From contig NC_079238.1 of assembly GCF_027921745.1 (NCBI RefSeq), forward strand, positions 3,286,001-3,350,000: DNA of 64,000 nt. Reading direction: 5' to 3'. Positions within the stretch are counted from its first letter, which is position 1, and the number at the start of each line of letters is the position of its first letter. Both the position numbers and the translations under genes were made by a program. Of this stretch, positions 24,741 to 36,109 are shown one piece after another. This DNA is from Schizosaccharomyces osmophilus (taxonomy: Eukaryota). The notes below the pieces were generated by a model. The model had not been told where the DNA came from and made no database searches. It was given only the letters and a program-made list of their open reading frames with translations.

Positions 24741-25032
24741 TGGAGCACACCAATAAAAAGAATTTTATAGACGCAAATTAGCATAGTTATTTACGAACAT
24801 TTAATTGTCACATATATTGTTTACGATCCTTAACAAATATAGAAATGACATTCATAAGATGATTTTACTTTGGGAGGAATAAAAATCAAGATTTTTATTG
24901 TTGATGAAAAAGATAAGGTATAAGAAAGGTGAGGAAAATCCAAGCAAAACGATTGATTCTCTATATAATAAGTTTATACTTCAAAATGATTAACAAATGA
25001 ATTTCTTGAATCCAGACAAAAATTTGGCAGTA

Positions 25033-26499
<1,467 letters not shown>

Positions 26500-26548
26500 C
26501 TAGAAGAGAATCTTATGGAATGAAAGATGAAGGACGACACAGAAATAG

Positions 26549-26906
26549 TGTTTGTTTACGTAACGAGTTGAACACCTTGGTCTATTAAAATGAGGAAAGT
26601 TAGTAATCGAAAAACCAAAGTTTTCTTTTTTCTTTTGCACGACCATTGCACAACAATTCGTAAGGTCTTCATCAGGAACCAAGGTGCTTTTGTATTCAAA
26701 AGCGAAACCACCAAAAGAATGTATGAGAGGACCTTTTTTGTTTCTAAGATCGTACTTTTGCTTTACTTACCGTTCCTCTCTGCTATTGCTATTACTATAT
26801 ATAGAGAAACAATATAATAAATTCAAGTGCAAACAAAAGGTGCCCTTTGCAAACAGCGGGTGAAAGGCCTTTATAATGTTGGAACCAGTGGGACCAGCTT
26901 TAGTAA
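26549..26906. promoter_or_regulatory. Candidate Pap1 sites and FLEX element upstream of fmo1
   Basis: TTACGTAA 26556-26563, TTAGTAA 26600-26606 and 26900-26906; TGTTTGTTTAC (GTAAACAAACA on minus strand) 26549-26559. Confidence 0.5.
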
Positions 26907-27503
26907 TTTCGGGTTTTAATGATCAAATTCCTCACCAAAATTGCATAACGCTTCTATGGGTATCAGCGTCTATGATTGGAAAATAACAATATAAAAGCAT
27001 TGTTTGCGATCCAATCATTTCTGTTGAGGATGATAAAAAGATAGGCAGCCATTCAGATTACGTTCCTTTGCGTGGATTTTATCGGTACTTTAAAGGATAA
27101 ATTCCGGGGGATGATAATGGGGAAACAGATTGAGTTTACATGAATAAACCAAGGCGAGAATGAGACAAAAAAAGAAGAAAGAAAAATCGCATTCAAAAAG
27201 CAATGCCAAAAACTGTTTTTTTTTTTATGCGCTGTTGCAGGATTTGAGCTGCATGCATAGCGATGCAATATTTCGGAAAGTGGGCATAGGTCCTGACGGG
27301 GATTCGGCTAGAGGAACTCAAATGTCTATCGGGGATAGGTCTTAGATAGGTGTATGTTGAAGAAAGAAAAATAAGAACTAAGAAATGAACAATGAAAAAT
27401 TTAAAATAAGAAATAAAAAATAAAAATGAAAATGAAAACAAAACAAAAGAATGGTCAAAACGAAAATGCAACATACAAAGAGATAAAAATTGATCTTTGG
27501 AAT

Positions 27504-27575
27504 AGGTCGTACTGGGAATCGAACCCAGGTCTCGAGAATCAAAATCTCATGTGCTAGCCATTACACCATACAACC
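27504..27575 (-). tRNA. tRNA-Gln, anticodon UUG, no intron
   Basis: Minus strand GGTTGTATGGTGTAATGGCTAGCACATGAGATTTTGATTCTCGAGACCTGGGTTCGATTCCCAGTACGACCT: cloverleaf, A and B boxes, T-runs downstream. Confidence 0.96.
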
Positions 27576-27802
27576 GATTATGGGATTTTAAAAGTTATGT
27601 TTAATATGATTAATAAGAGCTAATTTAATATTGTACTTAAAGATACATGGAACAAACGGAAATGAAATGTATCACAGATGTTTCTACCATACAAACAAGT
27701 ATATGAAAATACGATAAATTTATATATGAAAAAACAAGTAAACAACAATATGGAATCATACAGGAAAGAAAAGAACCAAATAAAAAATAATAAACAGAGA
27801 TT

Positions 27803-27850
27803 TAGATATAGATATAGATATTGAAATAGAAATAGAAATAGAAATAGAAA
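27803..27850. repeat. Compound hexamer microsatellite (TAGATA)3 + (GAAATA)4+
   Basis: Read directly, downstream of the php4 stop. Confidence 0.9.
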
Positions 27851-27983
27851 ATTCGGCACGAGTTGTTCGTAATTTTTTAGGAAAGCACCATTTTCCAAAG
27901 AAGCGAATGGAAAAGCTCAACTGCGTTCCCCAATTCACAAACGTACAGTCATCACAACATAATAATAAAAAAATTCGTTCTCA

Positions 27984-28898
27984 TTATGCGGAAATCCTCG
28001 GAACAACAGAATTCAGTTCCAAACTAGGCTCCAGTATAGGCGGCTTTTGCTTTCGAGCTGATTTGGATTGAAGAAAATCAATCGAGGGTCCAGCAAGCAC
28101 TGTAGGAGCATCCTGGGCAGAGTTATGGAGATCAATAAGCAATTGCGCATAAATCTTTGTTTCATCGGATTCCCGAGCCCGCTTTTTATTCACGCATTCT
28201 GAGGATTCAGTGGAATACAGACATCCATCAACACCGTTACAAATACCTTTCTCCCGAATCCGCTCCGTAATCTTTGGGTTCTGTGGCGTAAAGTTTATTT
28301 CATTGACGGCTCGACCCGCTTTCAAAGGTACTGTCTTGGACGGCACATGCCCATCACGTTTGTTGGCCAACCGGACTCGCTTAGATGAATCCCCCAAGAA
28401 AACATGAGGATCCAACTCAATCGGTACCTCCGTATAGATGGCATTTTTGGAGCATGGAAGTTGGACAGGACAATTGTGACGCTGTAGTTCAGCATTTTGG
28501 ACCTTGGGAGATTCCGTGCTATTGATATCACTCGACAAGTCCACACTCGAAGGAGGAGTAACATTTCGCTCGAGGCAAACATTTCTCATTTGTTTGTGCA
28601 TTGTCTCTAATTGCTCCAACAGTATATTGTTCTTTCGCTGAAGTCTCCCAATCATTTCCTGATACTGTTCCTCGCGCACATGAAATTGCGCCTCTTCCGA
28701 ACTGAACGTCTCAGGCGTAGCGGGCTTTGGCTTGATGGGAATCTTTCTCTTTCCCTGGGCATTTAAAGCAGGCTTGCGACCCGGCTTGGGTCGGGGTGGT
28801 ACGACCCATTGCTTCGAAATCTTCACCGCGGGTCCCTTTGGCTTGTCTAAGCCTGCAGAGGAACCCTCGGTTTCTGTTGCTGTCTCGTGTTTCTCCAT
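27984..28898 (-). CDS. php4: CCAAT-binding complex iron-responsive repressor subunit Php4 (HapX-like)
   Basis: Hap4L motif KISKQWVVPPRPKPGRKP, coiled coil with NES-like LLEQLETM, Cys-x5-Cys GICNGVDGCLY, YAQLLIDLH. Confidence 0.92.
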   Translation of the reverse strand: MEKHETATETEGSSAGLDKPKGPAVKISKQWVVPPRPKPGRKPALNAQGKRKIPIKPKPATPETFSSEEAQFHVREEQYQEMIGRLQRKNNILLEQLETMHKQMRNVCLERNVTPPSSVDLSSDINSTESPKVQNAELQRHNCPVQLPCSKNAIYTEVPIELDPHVFLGDSSKRVRLANKRDGHVPSKTVPLKAGRAVNEINFTPQNPKITERIREKGICNGVDGCLYSTESSECVNKKRARESDETKIYAQLLIDLHNSAQDAPTVLAGPSIDFLQSKSARKQKPPILEPSLELNSVVPRISA

Positions 28899-29077
28899 CC
28901 GGAAAGAACCTCAATCAATATCGCTGTCCGCGTTCGGTTTCAGTTTCGGTTTTGAATCAAAAAAAAGCTACAGAGTTGTATGTACCAAGTCGCTTCAAAT
29001 CCAAGCTTTTTTCCTTGATCAAAACAAGATAAACTATTGTGTTTATTATTTGTTTGGACTTTTGGCGGTGAACTTTA

Positions 29078-29103
29078 ATCAGATAGATATATAGATCTGA
29101 TAC
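29078..29103. promoter_or_regulatory. Paired Fep1-type GATA elements (ATCWGATA) about 180-205 bp upstream of php4
   Basis: ATCAGATAG 29078-29086 and ATCTGATAC 29095-29103; the two ATCWGAT cores are also inverted complements. Fep1 repression of php4 is established in S. pombe. Confidence 0.7.
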
Positions 29104-30106
29104 GACTTGCTTGAATTGATACAAAAATCTTACAACATTGAAAGTCACTAGTGAGATGTAACGATAAAATCTCTGCGATTTGTCCAACAAATGTATCGAT
29201 ATCCTAGCGTTTTGTTATTTTTTATTCAAATTAGCTTTCTTTTTCCTTTATTGTCTACTCTGTTTCCTTCGTTCAACCCTTTAGCTACATCCTTTTTTGT
29301 TTAGCATGCTCTACGACAAGAAATCACCAATGTACAATTGCAGTTGAGGAATCAACAAACAAAATGACATTTTGGTATACTAGATATTCATCTATGCCGA
29401 ATATCCTCTATCTAATATCTACAGGCCTGATTTATGGCCCATCCTAAGAGTCTAAATATCTCTGAAGGATTTATATAGTGAATTGTAACAGTGGCTTGTA
29501 ACACTACCCTCTTATTTTGTGACTGTTTTTCTGCATTTGTATATAGCAGGAAGATTATACTTGTTTTTCCCTATCTCACAATTTATTAAATATGACCGAC
29601 GTCGAAGGAGTTGCATGCTTCTGAATTGTCACTATTAATAAATAGAGACAATCCAATGGGTGCAGCCCTTTTCCTTTGTTGGAGTTGGTGTAGATAATGT
29701 CGGATGGACCGACAGCATAGCTAAAAACCATCGTGAAGTCGTCGCTTCGTGCCATGGCTCGTGATGACCGATTGCTACGTACATTTGTATTACTATAGAT
29801 GAAGATTTTTAGTTGTTTTTATAGAATGTGTTTGTGAATTGATTATGAATCTAAAAATCTACTTGCCTATTACGAAGTTGTGTAAGCTAGAGGGAAACTT
29901 CTAGGGTTGTGTAAAGTTGTAGAGATCGACTTTTTTCTAGTATAGCATCGCATTGTATTATCAAGATAATTAAAAGTCAAAAAATAGTTAAAGAATGTCA
30001 GCAAGAAGATACTGCTATGTTAGAAGGAACGACTCGTTTGAACGTTCTTGGTGCTTTATGTTTGGCACCGTTCGTCTGCGAAATATATTTTCATCCACAC
30101 AAAGTT

Positions 30107-31675
30107 TTATGAAATTGGCTCGTCCTTTTTCTCGGACGCTGTAGTTTTTTCTTTTGTATCTTCTTCATCCTTGGGCTTTTCATTAGAATTTGAAGGTTCG
30201 TCTTTCTTCTCATGCTCAACGTTCTCCGTCTTTGTATTCGTATTCGAGTTTGCATTCGCACTTGCACTTACACCATTCGCCGTATGCTTCTTCTCTTCTT
30301 TGTCATGTTCAGTATTTTCGTTTATATTTGAAGCATCTTGGATGGATTTCGTTTCGATTTTATCGGCATTGGAATCTTTCGTCGTATCTTTCTTATCGTT
30401 CTCTTTTACAGCATCCTCCTGATCTGTCTTTGGGGCAGGACCATACTGTTCTTCAGAAACACTTTCAAGGTCACGAGCGTTTTCCCTTTGCTGTTGGTCA
30501 GCATCCTTTTCTTTGTTTGCAACAATAGTGGAATCCTTTTTGGCTGTGTCTTCTTCATAGGTCGATTCCAAATCGCTATCGTCTAAAGCAAATGCGGAAT
30601 TGGAACTTTCTATAGCTCCATTGCTGTCCAAAACTAATGACTGGCCTCCAGCAAAAGCCGAAGAGCTTGATTCAACTGACTTTCTAGTAGAAGCCAAAGA
30701 AGAACGACCCATCAATGGAGATGATGTAGACTCCAACCGGAGGCGCTCAAAATCCTTTTCATTCAACATGTGGGGATCTGCTTCATAAGGAGGAAGTGAT
30801 ATCGTAGTATCTGGCTTAGCGCTTCTCCGTGCAGGCATGGGTGGAGGATTATCCTCGTACGCAGACTCCAAATCGGCAGCAGTGGAGGCTGGCTTTTGTG
30901 ATCGTTTACTATAAGCTGGACTTTCATAATTATTCTCTTCGTATTCATCACCTCCTTCAAGCTTAGAAGCAACTTTATCCATCCATGCCATGCTTCGTTG
31001 CTTAATCGATTGAAATCCACGAACAAAATTATCTTTTAAGACCGGCAAATCATCCTCAATGAATGAGTAGTCTTCATTGTCTTCATCGTAAGAGTATTTC
31101 CGGTTTTCACTCCTTGGCACCGCTTTTCTATCCATCGTGGGTTTACGATCACCATTCGATGCAGGATACTTTTGATATCGTTTGGCTAACCTCCTAGCAC
31201 ACATCTCATCTTCTTCCAATTGCTTCCGAGCGGATTCTCTTGATGGCGCCTGGGGAGGGGCAGGACTCGGACTCGAATATAATTGTTCTAATTCATCGGC
31301 CACACTAGGATCATTCAATCCTACAAAAGTTAGTTCTGTATTGCAAAGGTAAATAATGTTGGTTTTAGATGAGAGCAAGCAACTACAGTCAACCGAGTAA
31401 AAGTCAATGGATATGACCAATTCAAATATCACATACCTAACAAAGCATTAAAAGCTGGCTCAACACGGAATCCACTAGCCGCTAAAACTGCTCGAATTAT
31501 TGCATCCTTTAAATATTTGTTAATAAACACTACATTGACTGCTATAATGTATGTAACCATTCGTGAAAGTACTTACATCTGTGTCAGGAAAGGCCTCCTT
31601 TAAGGAAGCTTTAGCTTGTTCATGCTTATGGGGAGGCCTATTCGGTAATCTAGGAGCAGTTGCTTCAGAATTCAT
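30107..31675 (-). CDS. CUE-domain ubiquitin-binding protein (Cue5-like); exons 31675-31577, 31506-31437, 31320-30107
   Basis: Spliced N-terminus LKEAFPDTDDAIIRAVLAASGFRVEPAFNALLGLND (CUE FP/LL motifs); QLEEDEMCARRL and SFIEDDLPVLKDN typical of Cue5. Confidence 0.85.
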
Positions 31676-32092
31676 GGTTACTATCTGTGGTAGAATACTA
31701 TGCCTTCAACAGATGAAATTGACTACTTAGGTAGGTTGATCGAATGGCTTCCAAATAAGTAGATGATTGAGACAAAAGCCCGTTATTATTAAACAAAACG
31801 TAAAAAATACTCTGAGTTATACGGAAGGTATGTTAGTAATGAGGCTACTCTGGAACATTGTAAATCTAGCTTGGTACTTCAAAACAATGTAAAAAGTAAC
31901 AACGAGTTGCAGTGCAATTATTTCAGGTCGAAATGAAATTGGAATTTTGAATATTAAGCTAATATATTTGGTAATAAATAACTTTTTCATTAGCCTATTT
32001 AGACGGTTTTCACCGGACTAGCTTCCCTGTTATTAGCATAGTTTTACTCGTATACGATGCAATCGAAGGTATGGAAATTTGTAGGCAATTCA

Positions 32093-32746
32093 TCACCATT
32101 GATTATCATATTCTAAAGAGTTGAGAGGAACTGTCTTTCCATTAGAAATTAAAGAGCATTCCAGCTCAACCCAATGAGGTATAGGACCAAAGCGTTGACT
32201 CTTGTAATGAACAATACCCAAGTTTTGAGAGCCGGTTACTTCAAAAGATATATCTATTATGCCATATCGTTTATGAAGTTTGCCTTTAATCCAAGGGAAT
32301 GGGTACCTAAATTGGATATTCTCGCCTAAAAGTTTGAGTGCTTCTTTGGAATGTTGCACTCGATACATTACAATTTGCGTAACATTGGAGTTTTGTTTAC
32401 CATAATGAATGGCATAAAACGCACAAGCGGCCCATACAAAACAAAAAAAAGCAAAGAGAGATGGAATACGTTTGTTATTTGGAGAGAATTCAGAAACATC
32501 AGGAAGTTTTCTCCGGGGAGACAATTCAAAAACGGAAGAAACACGAGATGTATGAAAGAAGGCAACCCGTTGTTGAAAGGCCCGTTCAAGAAATAAGTTA
32601 TGTGTTCTAGAAAAAAGTGATGGTTTATGACTTCTTGGACGCCAGAATAAACTATGTTTAGTATTAGGAATTTCGTAATTCAGATTATAAACATTTGACT
32701 GTAGACGATTTGAAAGTGAAATGTACCTTTGAATCGAATTTTTCAT
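32093..32746 (-). CDS. coa1: Mitochondrial cytochrome c oxidase assembly factor Coa1-like
   Basis: Basic presequence-like N-terminus, one TM helix, HSKEALKLLGENI...WIKGKL...DISFEVTGS typical of Coa1. Start uncertain (ATG 32746 or 32821). Confidence 0.75.
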   Translation of the reverse strand: MKNSIQRYISLSNRLQSNVYNLNYEIPNTKHSLFWRPRSHKPSLFSRTHNLFLERAFQQRVAFFHTSRVSSVFELSPRRKLPDVSEFSPNNKRIPSLFAFFCFVWAACAFYAIHYGKQNSNVTQIVMYRVQHSKEALKLLGENIQFRYPFPWIKGKLHKRYGIIDISFEVTGSQNLGIVHYKSQRFGPIPHWVELECSLISNGKTVPLNSLEYDNQW

Positions 32747-32819
32747 ACTCCACGTACCACGAACCGAAGTTAACGTGGGTAGACCGACTTTTGGGATATT
32801 AAACTGTAGTAATGCAATC

Positions 32820-33511
32820 ATGTTTCCATTAACTAGAAAAGAAAGCGGAATTTACCAAGGAATTCAACTCAACTGTCTTGCAATGAAGTTTGGTGACCAA
32901 AATACTATTCTTGTGACAATGACTGGAAAGATCGGTCAAATGGTAAGGAAACAATGGAATTCAATGATTCTGAGTTTGTCAGTCTTCTTTAATTGCTCAA
33001 AAATCCCTACACGTAAGTTTGGTATCTCCTGTTTTCTGCTTAAAGAAGAAAGGGTTGTAAGCCAGAAATGTGTGGGGAGTTGAAATATTTGAGCATGTTT
33101 AAGAAAAGCGACCCTCAAGTTTTTTTTTATTCAAAGTGAATTTTTGTTTCTTATTCTTCTATTAAAAGATAGATCGAATTATGCTAACAGATATTCTCAT
33201 TGCAGTTCATGGTGACTTATGAAAGAAGTGTTGTTTCACCTCTAGTGCTCAATGAAGACATGTCTTCCTTACCAGAAATAGGTGTGAGAACCATTCTTGG
33301 TGATAGAGATGATTTTAAAGCACAATGGGGTCAGTTACTTGCCGGTCAGGTTGGTTCGCTGCTCGCAAAGCAACAAATACATAACACAGGAAATTCAAAA
33401 GTCCCTAAATTATGCTTAGGCCTCCATGTTCCTTGGGAATTGTCAGATGAAAAAAACGGTGACTTGGTAGTCTATATTATGGAACTGATTCAAAAAGTAC
33501 GAGTATGGTAA
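32820..33511 (+). CDS. pac3: Proteasome assembly chaperone 3; exons 32820-32942 and 33206-33511
   Basis: Spliced MFPLTRKESGIYQGIQLNCLAMKFGDQNTILVTMTGKIGQM|FMVTYERS...TILGDR...LCLGL...VRVW fits the PAC3 pattern (FxD.ilvvt..GKiG, C-terminal W). Confidence 0.8.
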
Positions 33512-33840
33512 CTTTGCGCTCATGCTGTGAATTGTATTCGTTTTCATATCCATTGGGAATAAAAACAAGTAAAACTATTTCTCCTTTAATGGAAAATCAT
33601 TGATCCGTATTTTGCATAAGGTTACGAAGGGAATCATTGTCACCGAAAGGACACCCAGAAGGATGAGGAAATTGAAGTATGAAATTGGAATTAAGCAATT
33701 TTTTTAGATTGAAATTTATATTGGTGTTGCAGTCGCTATATTACCTTATGTCGCTGTTTGACAACGAGATGCATAGCTAAACAAGTCAACTTTGGTTGAC
33801 TGCAAAGCCATTTTGCACGAAGAATTTATTTCAAAAGTAT

Positions 33841-33860
33841 TATATATATATATATATATA
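33841..33860. repeat. (TA)10 microsatellite
   Basis: Read directly. Confidence 0.9.
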
Positions 33861-34215
33861 AAAAAAACGAGAAAAGAAACGAACGCTTTCGTTTTCATCT
33901 ATCTAATATAAACGCTTTTCTGTTGTATTGATTCAGGTAACGGTTTACGATAATGTACTCTTTATAAATGTATTCAATCTTCCTTCATAATTATATAATG
34001 TGTGATGTCTGACATTGTATTATTTCAATTTTCTACATTCGTTACTTCTCCTTACACTTGTTTACATCACTCGTTACAATGCGTTCTTTTGGTATAGAGG
34101 TTGTGTGCTGCGTTTCGTTGAGGGTTCAATTGAACACTTGAAGGAAACCTGTTGATTAGACTTACATACAAAGCAGCCTCTCCTTTGCCAAACGTGCTTG
34201 AAAATATACGTAAAA

Positions 34216-34864
34216 ATGAGTGAACAAGAGGCTATGGATACGCAGGAAAAGGTAAGTCCGGTCTTGGAATACGGTGTTGACTGATCTTCAGGAACTTCGT
34301 GAAATGAAAGAGCGTGTTGCTGAAATGGAAGCAGAAGCAGCGAAGCTTCGAGATATGCAAGAACAACTTGACACTGAAGGAGAAGCATTGCGAAACGATC
34401 GTGAATCCATTGACGCTCAAAGTGTTTACGTTGGAAATGTCGATTATAGTGTTACCCCCGAAGAACTACAAAGCCATTTTGGTAGCTGCGGCTCTATAAA
34501 TCGTGTCACAATTCTTTGTGATAAGTTTACAGGACACCCAAAAGGGTAAGTGATTTGGAGAAGGAAGGGTTCGTCGTTGTCGTGTCTAACTATTTTAGTT
34601 TTGCTTATGTTGAATTTTCTGAACCTAGTTTGATACCAAATGCTTTATTATTGAATGGATCGATGCTTCATGAGCGTCCCCTAAAGGTATGATACTGGAT
34701 GAAAAGATGTAGAGGTTGCTTGGAGACATTTGTTAACAAAGTCATAGGTGACCCCAAAACGCACGAACATACCTGGAATGGCCCGTGGACGTGGTAGAGG
34801 CCGAGGACGTGGTCGTGGACGTGGTGGCTATCGGGGAAGAGCCCGTGGTTTTGCACCTTACTAG
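34216..34864 (+). CDS. pab2: Nuclear poly(A)-binding protein (PABPN1 orthologue); exons 34216-34251, 34292-34545, 34599-34686, 34748-34864
   Basis: Coiled coil, [23 protein letters not shown]...[25 protein letters not shown] repeats ending RGFAPY. Confidence 0.95.
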
Positions 34865-35578
34865 GAATACTCTCTTCAACCTTTTTGTCTTCGCGAAGAA
34901 AAAAAAAAATCGATAGCAAAAGAAATTCAGTCTTTCCAGAAATCCTATTTCAAATAATTCTCATTCTAAAGATATCTTTCGACGTGGAAAATATACCATT
35001 ATGAACATCAATTTCTTATGGATTGCTTTCGTTACTACAATAAACCAAACGATGCAAAGTCAGTCCTCGAATGAAGAAAGCTTGGGTTGACGGCCTATTT
35101 TCCTTAAACAAGACAAGTTGTATTTATACGTTATATACGATCGTTATGGGTTGTATACAACAACACTTTAGAAGATAGAATGAATACTACTAAAGTGTAT
35201 CTAACAACGCATTAACAAGTTACTGGCAATAGAAATTATATATATGGAAACATTCATCTATCGTGTCTTTTGAATTTATAGGCAATGATAACAAAAGTAA
35301 GATATTTCTCAAAAAACTGAATAATTTTAGGAATAAACGCAACCATGACATGACAACACAAAGGAATATTTTTGGAAGTTTTGTCGCTATTTAAAAAGTG
35401 TTATTATTTTCAAATCAATTGTAGCATGCTATATAAATAAATGATGCTTAATTATATAATGATTGTATTTGGGCTGGCCGTTTCACTTTATTAAGCTGTA
35501 ATGCCAATGATGCAGGAAAAGTGTCACCATTAAATTACTACCAAAATATGACAACTTTTAGAAAATTGAAATTTAATT

Positions 35579-35613
35579 AAAAAGAAAAAGAAAAAGAAAA
35601 AGAAAAAGAAAAA
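35579..35613. repeat. (AAAAAG)n repeat
   Basis: Read directly, upstream of pub3. Confidence 0.85.
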
Positions 35614-36109
35614 GGAGAATAGTTTTGACTGTTAATTCATTTATTTGATTTGATTTTTATTTATTTTTAATTTATTTATATTTTTCTAATTTCATCTCTG
35701 TTCGTGTTCGGTTCGTTACGTACGGCTGGAAATCTAATTTTGTAAAATTTCTCTTGTTTACAGTTCAAATAGGCGACCCAAAAAGGGCTTGTGTACGGCA
35801 TTTTGTTTATTTTTGATGTAAAAGCTGTATTCTCGTACAACAGCTAATATCAATAGAAAATAAAATTTCTTTTCATTTATTGTAATTTTCTTAGGTTACT
35901 TCATCTGCTCTTTTTGAAAAGTTGAGCCTACACATGTATTAGAAACTGTAAAGAGGCTTCACTAACCTGTTCCACACTTATTCATAGTCGCTTTTACCTT
36001 TAGCCATTCTCTAATTCTACTCACAATTGAAGGTGTTGTGAGGTTATATTAAACCTTTAGCTTCTTTTTTCTTTGTTTAAAACCCGATTAAGTGCAATAG
36101 AATAGGAGT

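Noticed and set aside
27053..27938. Phe/Ile/Lys-rich ORFs around the tRNA gene
   Set aside because: Produced by low-complexity A/T tracts and microsatellites.
29761..29880. Box C-like GTGATGA suggesting a C/D snoRNA
   Set aside because: No box D (CTGA) or terminal stem at a suitable distance.
32994..33190. H/ACA snoRNA in the pac3 intron (hairpin followed by AGAAAA)
   Set aside because: No convincing second hairpin; the candidate ACA is part of the branch site.
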